NCBI RefSeq assembly: GCF_963921235.1
Contig: NC_086098.1
Coordinates: forward strand, 9,114,001-9,178,000
Direction: 5' to 3'
Origin: Mobula hypostoma
Lineage: Eukaryota
Length of the DNA stretch: 64,000 nt
Below, in pieces: positions 24,426 to 38,123 of this stretch. Both the position numbers and the translations under genes were made by a program. Positions within the stretch are counted from its first letter, which is position 1. Each line of letters begins with the position of its first letter. The notes under the pieces were generated by a model. It was not told the DNA's origin. It saw nothing but the letters and a program-made list of their open reading frames with translations, and ran no database searches.

Positions 24426-27400
24426 ATTAAGTCCAGAATCAGTTTTAAATGATGATATAGGTGCAGGCTGTACTTTATTGATTCCAAAGTCAACTGGGTC
24501 CAATATCCTTTCTGATACGGGGAAGGACTGGAAATATTTTAGTGACTCAACCCATAACTGATGTTATGAAAGTTAGGACTTATTGTGTTTTATCACTAGA
24601 GCTGTTCATTGTCTTGGTAAACTGTTCTGCTTTTGTTTCTGTAGCATTCTCATTTTATAAAAGCAGTAAACAGAAGTTTGAGAGTAACTGTGATAAGCTA
24701 GTACACTTTTGCTTTTGAAAAATACAGATAGTGGAATATGTACCCAGGTTATATTTGTGGATTATATTTCAGCCATACCACTGATTTATTATGCTATTAA
24801 AATTATACTTTTAATAACAGTGATACAGCAGTTATTGGATATGGTCTGTGTGAAATTTGTATGTGACTGAATGGGTTTCCTCCAGATGGTCCCATTTTTT
24901 TCCCACATTCCAAACATGTACTCCTGTATAAATTAGAGTATTCAGATTGGCTGTATTGGACAGAATAAGTTGAAGCGTTTACAGGGAAATGAGGTGAAGG
25001 GGTAATGGGAATAATGGGATTTCTTCCTGGGGAGCCAACGTTGTCCCGATAGATGGTATGTTCTCCGTTGTTGTTATTAAGTCAACGAGGATGTTGATAA
25101 ACATATTGCTCACATAAAAATATCTACCAGTTAAGTTTGAAAGAAGTTTGTATTTTGTGCAGTCTTATATAAAGTGCTTTTGCTAAGAATTAATAAATTT
25201 TCTTAATTTTACTTGGGGAATACTCTGAACTGTTTTATGAGTGCTGCAAGTCAAGTAGATATGTACCATTAGTCCATTGAACTATTCAAAATTTACATTT
25301 ATTAGATTTGAAGAAGTGGATTCAAAGTATATAGCAGAAATTGTCAGTATATAGTACTGAAAAAGTGTGGGTTGGTCTGCCAGCAGTATTTTCAACTAAA
25401 ACTGTGTATTTTCCATGAGGAAAGTGATTACATTTCCGTCTCACGGGTAACACAGGAAATAATCGCCTACAGTTATTTATGCGTCAGCTGTTATCCTCAT
25501 TTTTAAAAGTTATTCTGTGAGGTGCAGAGGTTTCACTATGGTTTCTAAAATGTGTTTCAGAGGTGAATGAAATTGTAAGTAAAGATTTACCTGCGTGAAA
25601 AGTTATAAATACTGTGCATCACAGTACCGCAGAACCTTGTGACTTTTCCTTTTTTTTGTCATATTAAACAGCTTTAAAATATGCAAATATTTCAGCAATG
25701 GGCTCAAAATAAAGAGGAGGCAGTTGTCTACAGAATATCTTGTAGATACGTCTGGAACACATCCTATGCATGTTGCCTACCGTAAAATCACCACTAATTT
25801 TAATTTCTTTATAGTTCAGATAAAATAAATCTCAGAAATCATTAGGTATTGACAACAGGTAGTTTCTGGTAACCAGATATTGTCTGCATTTGGACATCCT
25901 TTCTGTCCAGTTTAACTATTATCCCACTCCAGTATATTTAAACTATTAGGACAGTACAGGCTTCCAACTTAACCTTGTTCTGAGTTTGCTGAACCCCTCT
26001 CAGCACTTTTAATTTGATCTGGAATATTATCATTCCTTTTTCCTTCAGGCTTATGCATAGATATTGTCCACTCTTCTGAATGAAAATCATTGGTTCTCTA
26101 ACTTGTTTATTATATCTTTTTTCGGTTTTGTTTTACATTGCTGACTTCCTTATTCAGTTGTCTATGTTTGTAGGTCTATGTGTTGCTTCCTGTTTCTCTA
26201 CTGAGAATGCAGCTTTGTCACCTAGTGCCATTACTAGAATTTATGAAAGTAACTCTTTGCAAATAAATGAGAATTTTGTTTTACAACCGAATTTCAGAGG
26301 TTCTGGTTGCAATTTAGATTCTTTTGAAGAACATCCTTTATCCCACAACCTATTTAATTGTGTTATATTTTTACAAGATTTGGTGCTCATGTCACATTAT
26401 GGCATTGCTGTTTGATTTGTGAATCAGAATGGTCTGGTGTTTAACTATCAAATCAATTAAGTGGAAGGCAGTTGAACTGTAAGTATTGAACCATGAATCT
26501 CCTTCCTATTGCCATAATTTTTCCTGCCAATTTACCAAATGGGATAATGATTGTGTTAATCCAAGAACAAACAAAAACACAGATGCTGAACAATCTAGAA
26601 GAAAATGGAAAAAACACTGAAAATGCTCAGCAGATCAGATGGCAATTGTGGGAGAGTATTTTCTGTTTGATTCCAGGTTTCCATTTCCTGCAGTATTTTC
26701 CTTTTGTATTAATATTCCCCTTCATGATGAAAACTATCTAAATGATGTGTGGGGCATGAAAGTCTAAAAGGTTCTTCTATTTCTGTGTATTTGCTTGAAA
26801 TGGATATGAAACAGCATCAGTTTGGCACTCATCGAACATAGACCATAATTCAGAAAGAATTGACTGATTTGGTGATGCCAATATGGAACTGGTTTTATAA
26901 ATGCAATAATTCTCTGAGACAGACTGGAGCATTTTGTTTTTTGAAATTGGGGTCTATATGTCATATTGAGGCAAGTCTAAAGAGTAAATCAGTCCCTGCC
27001 CAGTGGATAGTGACAATGGCTTTGTGTCAAAAGTATCCAAATGGTGTGAACTAAAGTCCTGATGAACAGAGATTTGAAGGTAAAGGGCTTAAGAAAATAG
27101 ACACCAAGAAACTAAGTTATGTAGTGGCTACTTTTTGTGTCGCATGGTGTAATCTTGACTTAAACTGGAATGGGTTGAGTAAGAGGACATGCATTGATTT
27201 TTTGTTTTCAAATAATGTATTCATTTTCCAGAAAATAGATCTTCATTTCTCCTTTCCAGCTGTATCTCTGAAAGCTCTGATTCTAATCATCTACAGGGTA
27301 ATTTACTCTATCCTGCGATAAAATTCAATATGAAAAATCAGTTATTTGTTTAAATTGCAGTGTGATAGTTCTGCAAGATGGTGTTGTATGTACAGTGTTG

Positions 27401-27529
27401 CATGCAGAAAAATACGGAACTATTTTGTAAATTAAATTATTGCCTTTCCATAAACCCAATTAGGCACATTTCAATCACCAGTTTTCCCTTTATCAGTAAA
27501 CGTGACAGCTGAATAATATGGATTCTAGA

Positions 27530-27826
27530 CTCCTCCCTGTTCCCTTTCTTCCATGGTCTCCCGTCCTCTCCTATCAGATTCCCCCTCCTCCAGTCCTTTA
27601 TCTTTTTCACCAATCAACTTCCCAGCTCTTTACTTCACCCCTTCCCCCTCTCCTGGTTTCCCCTATCTCCTACCATCTTGAATTTTTTTCCTCTCTTCTC
27701 CCCGCACCTCCTTAGTCTGACTCCTTTTAGTCCTGATGAAGGGTCTCAGTCCAAAATGTCAACTGTTTACTCTTTTCCATAGATGCTGAGTTCCTCCAAC
27801 ATTTTGTATGTGTTGCTATGGATTCT
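27530..27826 (+). mobile_element. PLE pLTR fragment with decayed hammerhead motif
   Basis: caccaatcaacttcccagctctttacttca…agtcctgatgaagggtctcagtccaaaatgtcaactg…tgtgttgct. Confidence 0.85.
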
Positions 27827-28804
27827 AGCCTGTTAATCTCAGAAATGAGTAGCAGCTGGCAAGTTTGTCTGTGATTACCATGAAACCAGGTTTTGAACCA
27901 TAAGTGACCATCTGAATGAACTAGAGCAGCAATACACGTTACTCTACTGTCCTGCACTGTGTCCTACTGAGAATGAACATTCAACATTTAAATCTCAGTG
28001 GCAGGAAAAGTTGACCAAATAGATCATTATATAATAGAACTGCTGATATGGAAGTGTGCAGTAGATTTCTTCAGACTCAATTAAAACCATGTGTTCTCAT
28101 AAAATATAGATTTGGTGAGACAGGTTTACTGTTATGTTTCCCTTCTGCCCTTTCTTTGTTTTAAATGGTTTACATTAACAAGTGTCAGGAGCCTTCCACC
28201 AATGCAGAAAGCTATTTCCTTGCCTTTGAATGAGAAGTGGACACAATAAAGTTGACTGATGTTCCATATTTTATCATAAATACTGCCATTCGTTTCATCA
28301 TTGTCACTCCACTTTAGGTTAATATCTAATTTTTAACTTAGTGGTTTTGTGCTCAACAAAGTGCTCCTAGTGTGTTAATATATAATGCAATATTTAATGT
28401 TCCAGTCTTCATTATAAATTTTCTATGAAGTAAAATAAACGATACATCTATACTGAATCTACCGTAATTACATAGTACATTCTCAAACTACAAATTACAG
28501 TGGATAAAAAATAAAACTTTTTGACTTTAATGTTGTTTATGATAACTACTAATTGTGAAATTGCAAACCACTGTTACAAGGGACCACTGAATGATTTTAG
28601 TGCTACTTTTCTATTTTAAACAGTCAAAGCTTTTGTTTTACTCTGGAAGTGTCTGTTCATCTCCAACTATTTCCTTCCCTTTCCATGTTGTCGGTTTTGA
28701 AAGATATTATTGCAAATTATACTTGTGCAACATTTGGCTTTCATTGGTAAGTTTAATGTATTGTAATAGCCTAATTACATGACTTGTAACATGGTACCTA
28801 ACCA

Positions 28805-29130
28805 CATCAGGAATAAGCAACCAACGACAGCATAAATCCAGCCTGTGTGCTAAAGGTTGACCCCTTCAAGAATGTCCTACCTCTCAGTGCAATCGTGGAT
28901 GATCTGTCCCAGGCGTCAACTAATCTCTTATGCCTGTTGCTCATGGCCTTTAATTCCACAGTTTTTCCAGAATATGTCCACCTTCTGCTTAAACCACTTT
29001 CAGGTGGAGTCTTCTGGAGATCCACGACAGTCCGTGAGAAGAAATTCCTGTGCACCTCACTTTTCAATGACCAAGTCCTTATATCTATGTCCTTGTCTTT
29101 GAGAGTATGCCACCAGTGGGAGTATTTCAG
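28805..29130 (-). mobile_element. Old CR1 3' remnant
   Basis: Minus-strand EVHRNFFSRTVVDL resembles the CR1 RRNFFSQRVVNLW motif. Confidence 0.6.
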
Positions 29131-29139
29131 CATCCGCCC

Positions 29140-29700
29140 TGTCATTGCCCCCTTAAGATCTTATGAGGCCTTCCACTGGTTGGGGTCGGCATGGATGCTG
29201 TGTCGTAACTGTCATACGCAAACCAGGGCATACGATATGAAGAGCTAGCTGTTGCCCATACAGCAGGTGACCTCTTGCCACACAGCTGATGAATCCAAAG
29301 GAATGGAAGAGACTGATAAAGTTTGGCAGCAGCAGCATTGCAGAGGTTGCCAGTCAATGTTGAACTCAATGTAGAACTGCCTTAAGGTCTCCAGCCCTGG
29401 ATTTTTCCTCAGGGTTTACTCCTGAAGCCTTCCTCACAAGTGGTTATAGCCGCAAGGCAGCAGAGGCTTGAGATCAGAGTTTTCCTTCTCTTCGATGAGC
29501 TGCCAACCATGGCTAATGAGCGTTATCTGTCAGAAGAGACTGGTTTTAAGATGCTAGTAACCTGCCTTTGCCCTTCTCCTGTCAGTGGAAACAGTTCCCC
29601 TTGGCTTAGTAACTAAGCTATACATGAAGGTCAGGAGCTGGACTTGGTTGTCAGAGGCTAGTTGAGATACACGGCATTGGGAGCTTATCCCCACTATCTC
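29140..29700 (-). mobile_element. Unclassified non-coding interspersed repeat (possibly RTE/Vingi-related non-autonomous retroelement)
   Basis: Shares blocks with 47308-47725 (gctgttgccc, ctgatg…tccaa.ggaa.gg, ttggca.cag, tcagagttttccttctc). Family assignment is a guess. Confidence 0.45.
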
Positions 29701-29794
29701 CCTCAGCTATAACAACCTTAATAAACCAATTACTGAAATCGTATATACATCAGTAAAAGCAATCCTTATAATCTATAAAGAAAATCGATCCATT

Positions 29795-31340
29795 TAGTGG
29801 GTTAGTCTGTTTGCAGATGACATGGAGGCTGGAGGTGTGGGTAGTGTTTAAAAAAAGCAGTTGTTGAGGGTTACAGTGGGATACTAATAAGATGCAGAGC
29901 GGATGGAGTTCAGCCTGGAAAAGTGAGAAGTGATTCACTTTGGAATATCATACTTGAAGGCAGAATACAGGGTTGCTAGCAAGGTTCTTAGTAGTGTGGA
30001 GGAACATAAGGATCTTGGTGGTCCACGTCCTTAAATCCCTCAAAGTTTCTGTATAGGTTAAGAGGGTTGTTAAGAAGATGTGTGGTGCGTTGGTCTTCAT
30101 TAGTTAATGATTGACTTCAAGAGCCTTGAGGTAATGCTGTAACTCTATAAGGCCTTGGTTAGATCCTACTTGGAATTGTGCTCAATTCTGGTCATCTCAA
30201 GATATGGAAGCTTTAGGGAGGGTGCAGAGGAGATTTACCAGGATTCTGTTTGGATTGGAGAGCGCGTCTTATGAGAATAGTTTGAGTGAGCTAAGGCTTT
30301 TTTATTTGGAGCAAAGGAGGACAAGAGGTTACTTGAAATGAGTATTCAAGATGATAACATAGAAACATACAAACACAGAAAACATACAGCACAATACAGG
30401 CCCTTTGACCCACAAAGCTGTGCCGAACATGTCCTTACCTTAGAACTACCTAGGCTTACCCATAGTCCTCTATTTTTCTAAGCTCCATGTAGCCATCCAG
30501 GAGTCTCTAAAAAGACCCTATTGTTTCCGCCACCGGCAGACCATTCCATGCACTCACCACCCTCTGTGTAAAAAAAACTTACCCCTGACACCTCCTCTGT
30601 ACCTACTTCCAAGCACCTTAAAACTATGCCCTCTCGTGCTAGCCATTTCAGCCCTGGGAAAAGCCTCTGACTATCCACACGATCAATGCCTCTCATTACC
30701 TTGTACACCTCTATCAAGTCACCTCTCATCCTCTGTCGCTCCAAGGAGAAAAGGCCGAGTTCACTCAACCTATTCTCATAAGGCATGCTCCCCAATCCAG
30801 GTAACATCCTTGTAAATCTCCTCTGCACCCTTTCTATGGTTTCCACATCCTTCCTCTAGTGAGGCGACCAGAACTGAGCACAGTACTCCAAGCGGGGTCT
30901 GACCAGGGTCCTATATAGCTGCAACATTACCTCTCGGCTCTTAAACTCAATCCCACGGTTGATGAAGGCCAATGCACCCTATGCCTTCTTAACCACCGAG
31001 ATGAGTGGCATAGATCGAGTGAGCAGCCAGAGACTTGGTCTCAGGGCAGAAGTGCACGGGGACACAATTTTAAGGTGATTGGAGTATAGGGGAATGTCAA
31101 GGGTAATTTTTTTTTTACTCAGGAAGCGGTGGATGCATGGAATGTGCTGCCTGGGGAGGTGGTAGAGGCAGATACGTTAAGGACATTTAAGAGATTTTTA
31201 GATAGGCACGTGAATGGTAGAACAATAGAGGGCTATGATGGAGGGAAGGATTAGATTGATCTTAGAGGAGGTTAAAAGATTGGTACAACATTGTGTGCCT
31301 AAGAACCTGTACCGTGCTGTACTGTTCAATGTTCTATGTA
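29795..31340 (+). mobile_element. Old CR1 RT/3' fragment interrupted by a younger CR1
   Basis: Decayed CR1 RT motifs from tttgcagatgac onward. Continues after 30997 (atgagtggcatagatcgagtg). Confidence 0.8.
30357..30997 (-). mobile_element. CR1 LINE 3' end (nested)
   Basis: ORF 30478-30846 ETIERVQRRFTRMLPGL…LGLFSLERQRMRGDLIEVYK, (catagaaa) tail. Confidence 0.92.
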
Positions 31341-31637
31341 TGTTAGTTTTTGTTCAGCTGTTTGTGATGGGGCGTGGCTTCCTAAATTTATTTTTAAGAA
31401 GTTGAGGCGGCGCGTAGAAGTCTGATTCTGAAAGCAAGCTTTAAATGATTAGCCCTTTAAATAAAGTACAGGTTGGAAATACAGTGTTTGTAAAATATGA
31501 TAAAGAAATGAACTATAGGCGCACAAAGCTTGAAATAAAAAAGCTGAGGATTTTCTGCAAGTCAGCAGTCACGGAGAAGAAAGCAGTCGACATTGCAAGC
31601 TAATGCTTCTTCATCAGAATGATCTCCAAAATTTTCT

Positions 31638-31848
31638 AAACACAAGAGATTCTGCAGACGCTGGAAATCCAGACCAACACACGCAAATTGCTGGAGGAAC
31701 TCAGCAGGTCAGGCAGAAAGTATGGAAGTAAATAGACAGTCAACATTTCAGGCCAAGACCCTTCATCAAGACTTCATAAAGACTGTTTATTCATTTCCTT
31801 AGATGCTGCCTGACCTGCTGAGATCCTTCAGCATTTTGTGTGTGTTGT
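31638..31848. mobile_element. Palindromic PLE mini-element (~210 bp)
   Basis: Left arm (-) has the full tail and a hammerhead-like motif at 31737-31773. Right arm (+) runs from gactg to tgtgtgttg. Possible TSD core aattttct at 31630-31637 and 31854-31861. Confidence 0.8.
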
Positions 31849-32084
31849 TCTAGAATTTTCTGATTTTTTAATTATTATTTTACCAAAAGCTGTTTTTCTA
31901 TCAATGAATAGCACCTGCTCTTATTTAGACCAGTGTGGTTGAAAACTTCACCTTGGAGCACTGTTGATAAGTTGTATTCTGGAAAAAGAAATTGCTAGGG
32001 ACCAAGAAAATGTCACACCAATGTAATTATATATTAATAACAATAGATTTTAATTCACCCCAAAACAGAGTTAAAGCTGGCTTA

Positions 32085-33163
32085 TGAGCAAGTAAAATCT
32101 GCAGATGCTGGAAATCCAAACAACACACACAATATGCTGGAGAAACTCAGCAGGCCAGGCAGCATCTATGGAAAAGAGTACAGCTGATGTTTCAGGTTGA
32201 GACCTTTCAGCAGGACTGGAGAAAAAAAGTTGAGTAGAGTTAAAATGTGGGGAGAGGGGAGAGAGAAACACAAGGTGATAGGTGAAGTAAAGAGCAGGGA
32301 AGTTGATTGATGAAAGAGATACAGGGCTGGGGAAGGGCGAATCTAACTGAAGAGGATGGAAGGCCATGGAAGAAAGAAAAGAGGGGAGGAGCACCAGAGG
32401 AAGGCGATGGGCAGGCAAGGAGGTAAGGTGAGAAAGGGAAAAGGAAATGGAGTATGGTGAAGGCGAGGTGGGGTGGGTAATACTGGAAGTTCGAGAAGTT
32501 GATGTTCATGCCAGCAGGTTGGAGGGTACCCAGATGGAATATAAGCTGTTGTTTCTCCAACCTGAGTGTGGCCTCGCAGCGACACTAGAGGTGGCTGCTT
32601 TATCATGACAGCCATTTTCATTCTGCTTCCCATTCACCCATTTTAATTCCACTTCGGATATGTTTATTTAGGGCCTCTTCTGCTGTCGTGATGAGGCCAC
32701 GCTCAGATTGGAGGAACACCTTATATTCCATCTGGGTAGATGGCACCTGATGGCACTAACATCGATCTCTCAAACCTCCGGTGATGTCCCTCCCCACCTT
32801 CACCATTCCCCATCCCTTTATCCCTCTCTTGCCTTATCTCCTTGCCTGTCCATTGCCTCGCTCTGGTGCTCCTACCCCCTTTTCTTTCTTCCATGACCAC
32901 CTGTCCTCTCTTATCAGAATCCCTCTTCTCCAGTGCTGCATCTCTTTCACCAATCAACTTCCCGGCTCTTTACTTCACCCTTTCCCCTCCTGGTTTCACC
33001 TATTACCTTGTGCTTCTCCCTCCCCTCCTCCCACCTTTTAACTCTACTCTTCACCTTTTTTCTCCAGTCCTGCTGAAGGGTCTCAATCCTAAATGTCAAC
33101 TGTACTCTTTTCCATAGATGCTGCCTGGCCTGCTGAGTTCCTCCGGCATTTTCTGTGTGTTGC
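32085..33163. mobile_element. Head-to-head inverted PLE insertion with TSD (older subfamily)
   Basis: Arms ~32085-32590 (-) and ~32640-33163 (+), both with decayed EEHLIFHLG GIY-YIG ends and ctgctga…gaaa-type motifs. aaag(c/t)tggctta at 32073-32084 and 33164-33175. Confidence 0.9.
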
Positions 33164-34640
33164 AAAGTTGGCTTACACTATTGAACACTATTTTTGACTA
33201 CATACTGCCTCTATTACTAGCATTGCATGGGTGATTTTTTAAAAATTTCATTATTTTCTTTTACATGTGAGCAATTATTAAAGGATAGTTTTTGAGAATA
33301 GTTTTATCCTGGTAGAACTCTGGAGATATACAGGCAATTTGTTTATTCCTAACAAATGATGCAGAAAACTGTGTTTAAATAGAGAAAAATTCCTGAAGGA
33401 ATTTTCCTTAACAGCTTTTTTTGAAAATTTTATTTCAATTTATTTAGTATTTTTATTGATTGAAAAGAACCAGTAATTATATTTTTCTTTGCTTTAATCC
33501 ATCAATTAATTATCTTAATAATAGATCTACTTTGGAATATGCCTCTTGGTCATTGATTGAAAGTGATGTCTTGAAATAGTAGAGTTCCATTGTTTATAGC
33601 ACCAGAGGTAATCCAGTTATAATCCTGAATTTTACCCAGTGTGAAATCCCACATGCATTTCACTTAGGTTTATAAAATGCACAGTATTGTAGTAATTTTA
33701 TATTTTGCACTGTACTACTACTTGCAAAAAAACCAAATTTCATGACATATGTGAGTGATGATACTGTAAACTGAATTTTGGTGTGGGTCTCTATTGTGGA
33801 CTGAGAGCGGGAAGGGGGCAGGGAGAAGAGAATCATGGTAGGGAAAAGGGGAAGAGAGAGGATATGGAGCAGGAAACACCAGAGAGATATTCTGTAATTG
33901 TCAATAAACCAATTGTTGGGAATCAAATGAACTTGCCTGGTGTCTCAGTGCTGGATGCGTATGCACCTGTGCCAACCCCTACGTCTGGCACACTTTCTCT
34001 GTCACCTGTCCACACTCCTGCAGTGGTGCTCCACCCACGCCATTCCCAACATTCTTTTCTCTAGCCAGACTTACAAGCTCGCTCTCCACTCTATCAGGTC
34101 AAGTCAAGTGAAGTTTATTGTCATTTAACTACATAAATGTATATAATGTATATGGAAACGAAACATTTCTTCGAACCAAGGTGAAAAGCACAGAACACAC
34201 ATAGCACACAATAACTTATGAAAGTAAGGAGAAAATCTACAGATGAATCACACATAAATAACAAACTAAAGTGTATTAATATAAAGTATTGTAAGGTACA
34301 GAACACAGATTCATTTATTATCAAAGTGTACAACTCTGAAATTCTTCTTCTTCAGATAGCCATGAAATCACAAAAGAAAAGAACAGTGGCAGTATCATCA
34401 ACCCCACCAAATCCCTCCTCCCTGCACAAAAAAAATCAAAAACTGATCAGGCACTTTGACCCCTCAAATTCCTCTCCCCCGCACACAAAAAAACAAGAAA
34501 TATCGGGCTAAAAACACAGAATATAAAAAAACTGCAAGGCTGTAAAAAAAAGTCTATAGTCCAAATCCATATCCAAAACTGAGAAATCCTGGGTAACATT
34601 CTCCAGGCACAACAGCAGGCCTTTCCGCCTTTCCTTCTCC

Positions 34641-34768
34641 AGCAACATTGCGATCCCCCCAGCGATCAAAAGGTGGGCTCCCCTCTCTGTAGCAGAGCGA
34701 TCTTACCAGCGATCAAAAGGCAGTCTCTCCTCTCTGGCAGCAGAGCGATCCCACCAGCGATAAAAAGG
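34641..34768. repeat. ~47-48 bp tandem repeat (about 2.7 copies) inside an unclassified repeat
   Basis: gcgatc…ccagcgat.aaaagg starts at 34650, 34697 and 34745. Confidence 0.85.
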
Positions 34769-37700
34769 TAGGTAGCTGGCCCTCACCTTCCGCATTCGCC
34801 TGAATGTTTCAGTATCCTCGTCTCTTTACTTAGCAAACAATGGAAGCTTTAATTGGTGAAATGGAGTCGAAGGTTGACTCACACCCCATCTCTCAGCCTA
34901 CTCAGCATGAAGGTCATACATGCTGCTTCTGCCCCCTGAAATCCTCTTGGATCTTGCAGAGAGATGAAACACCCTAACATCTCCAAACTGTAAATCACAG
35001 GCTTCAACAGTTCCAAAATTGCATTCAAGATGAGAAACAAACATAAAAGACATAATAGAAGTGAAATATATGGTTTCATGAAATATCCAGAAGATGTTGA
35101 CTGAAAGAACGGTGTATGCAAGCGCCTTCTTGACTGGAAGGTAGATGATCTTTCATCAGATCAGAGAAAGTAGAAAAACAAATCAGTTTCAAAGAGAATA
35201 CCTCTGATAGGATTAGACCAGGGTTGCCAAGGTGATAAATAGTTGATGAAATGCTGATTGATTGATGAATGAGAGAGCAAGGCAAACACAGGGACATGGA
35301 AAAGCTGTGAAATGGAGGTCAGAGGTATTGCAAAGAATTGACACCAAAAGGAAAAAAATTTGGAAAAGTCGAGCAGGTTCATCTAAAATAAATATATCCC
35401 ATCCATTCATTTATTTAAATCATTTCCTGAACTTAATAATATGTTATATAACAACAATTATTATTGTACTTACAAATGTAAGCACTTCCTAGTTCCAATG
35501 GTCAAACATTTCCCATTAGAAATTAGAATGAACTTAAATTGGCTGTCCTGTGTTATTTCTAAAGGCTCAGTCATGGTAGTATCTGTACTGTAATAGTTCT
35601 ACACCCACTCCAATATATGCCCCCTGATAAATAATTATTATGATTACTAAATAACTTGAATAAAATAAAATTGTTGACAAAATGACCTTTAAATTACCTA
35701 TTAGTTTAGTAATTCCTTAATCTATTCTGTTGAATGCTGAGTTGCTTTCATTCCCGATGAAGCTGCTCATTCATGCAGTCATATTTTCCTGTTTTAGCCT
35801 GATTTAGATGTACAACTTCAAAGCCCAGCATGATTCAGTTGTGATATATGGAATAGATGTGTAGCAGAATAAGTGCACGTGTATACTAAGGATCTCTTTC
35901 CATCACTACAAGTTAGTACGGTACACTTTGTGCTTTTATTATGTCTCTTGCACAGAACATTTAATACCAGTTCTAAATATTTCTTTCTGTAGCTTTGGCC
36001 CTAGCAAGAAATTCTGAACAGACAGCATCAGTAGAGTTAATTTATCCCCCACCTCCTGCTAGAAATTGAAAGTTCAAAAGTTCAAAGTAAATTTATTGGC
36101 AAAGTACAGATATGTCACCATCTACAATCCTGAGATTCATTTTCTTGTGGGCATACCCAATAAATCCAGCAGCCGTAATAGAATCAATGAATGACCACAC
36201 CAGATGGGCGTAAAACCTGTGTCCAAAAGACAACAGACTGCAAATACAAAACAAAAGAAGAAATGATAATAATAATATGAATAAATAAGCAATGATTATC
36301 AAAAACATGAGATGAAGAGTCTTTGAAAGTGAGTCCATAGGTTGTTGGAGCAATTCATTGAGGGGCAAGGGATGTTGAGTGAAGTTAGATCATAAGACAT
36401 AGGAGCAGAATTAGGCCATTTGGCCCATCGAGTCTGCTCCACCATTCAATCATGGCTGATCCTTTTTTCCCCCCCTCAGCCTCACTCCCTGGCTTTCTCC
36501 CTGTAATGTGTCCAGTTAAGAACCTATCAAGCTTTGCCTTAAATACATCCAACGATCTGGCCTCCATAGCTGCCTGTGGTAATAAATCCCACAAGTTCAC
36601 CACCTTCTGGCTAAATAAATTTCTCAGCATATCATTTTAAATGGACGCCCCTCTAGCTGACGGTGCTGTCTTATCCTAGACTCCCCCAGCATGAGAAGCA
36701 TCCTTTCCACATCTACTCTGTCTACGCCTTTCAACATTTGAAAGGTTTCAATGAGATCCCCCCCTCATCCTTCTAAATTCCAGCGAGTACAGAGCCAGAG
36801 CTATCAAACACTCCTCGAATGATAACCCTTTCATTTCTGGAATCATTCTTGTGGACCTCATTTGAACCCTGTCCAATGCCAGCACATCTTTTCTTAGAGG
36901 AGGAGCCCAAAACTGTTCACAGTACTCAAGGTGAGGCTTTACCAGTGCCTTATAAAGCCTTAGCATCACATCTATGCTCTCATATTCTAGACCTCTTGAA
37001 ATGAATGCTAACATTGCATTTGCCTTCCTCACCACCAACACTGCATGCAAGTTTACCTTTAGGATGTTCTGCACAAGGGCTCCTAATTCCCTTTGCATCT
37101 CAAATTTTTGGATTTTCTCCCTGTTTAGAAAATAGTCTGCACTTATTTTTCTACTACCAAAGCGCATGAACATGCATTTTCCAACATTTGCCACTCCCTT
37201 GCCCATTCTGCTAGCCTGTCTAAATCCTTCTCCAGCCTACCTGTTTCCTCAACAATACCTGCCCCACACCAATCTTCGTATCATCTGAAAACTTGGCAAT
37301 AAAGCCATCTATTCCATCATGCAAATCATTGATATACAGCATGAAAAGAAGCGTTCCCAACACCAAGCCCTGAGGAACACTAGTAGTCATTGGCAGCCAA
37401 CCAGAAAAGGATCATTTTATTCCCACTTGCTGCCTCCTACCAATCAGCCAATGCTCTAACCATGTTAGTAACTTTCCTGTAATACCATGGGCTCTTAACT
37501 TCGTAAGAAGCCTCATGTGTGGCATGTTGTCAAAGGCCTTCTGAAAATCCAAATATACAACATTCGCTGCATCCCCTTTATTGATCCTAATTGTAATTTC
37601 CTCAAAGAATTCCAACAGGTTTATCAGGCAAGATTTTCCCTTAAGGAAACCTTGCTGACTTTGTCCTATCTTGCCCTGTGTCACCAAGTACTCCATAACC

Positions 37701-38123
37701 TCATCCTTAATAATTAACTCCAACATCTTCCCAACCACTGAGGTCAGGCTAACTGGTCTATAATTTCCTGTCTGCTGCCTCCCTCCTTTCTTAAAGAGTG
37801 GAGAGACATTTGCAATTTTCCAATCCTTTAGAACCATGCCAGAGTCCAATGATTCTTGAAATATCAGTCTCTGACGCTACGTCTTTTAGAACCATAGGGT
37901 GCAGTTCATCTGGTCCAGGTGACTTATGTACTTTTAGGTCTTTCAGCTTTTTGAACACCTCCCATTTAATAGTAACTGCACTCACTTCTCTTCCTTCCCA
38001 CGCACTACAACATCTGGCACACTGCTACTGTCTTCCACAGTAAAGACTGATGCAAAATACAGTTCATCTGCCATCTCCTTGTCCTTATATTCTTGAAAAA
38101 GCTTTTATTATTCATCAGAGATT

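Noticed and set aside
29285..29320. ctgatga motif as another hammerhead
   Set aside because: No correctly placed GAAA and stem II, and the related copy at ~47511 has ctgatgt
34641..34768. CRISPR-like repeat-spacer array
   Set aside because: Eukaryotic context, the spacers are similar to each other, and there are no cas genes. It is a minisatellite
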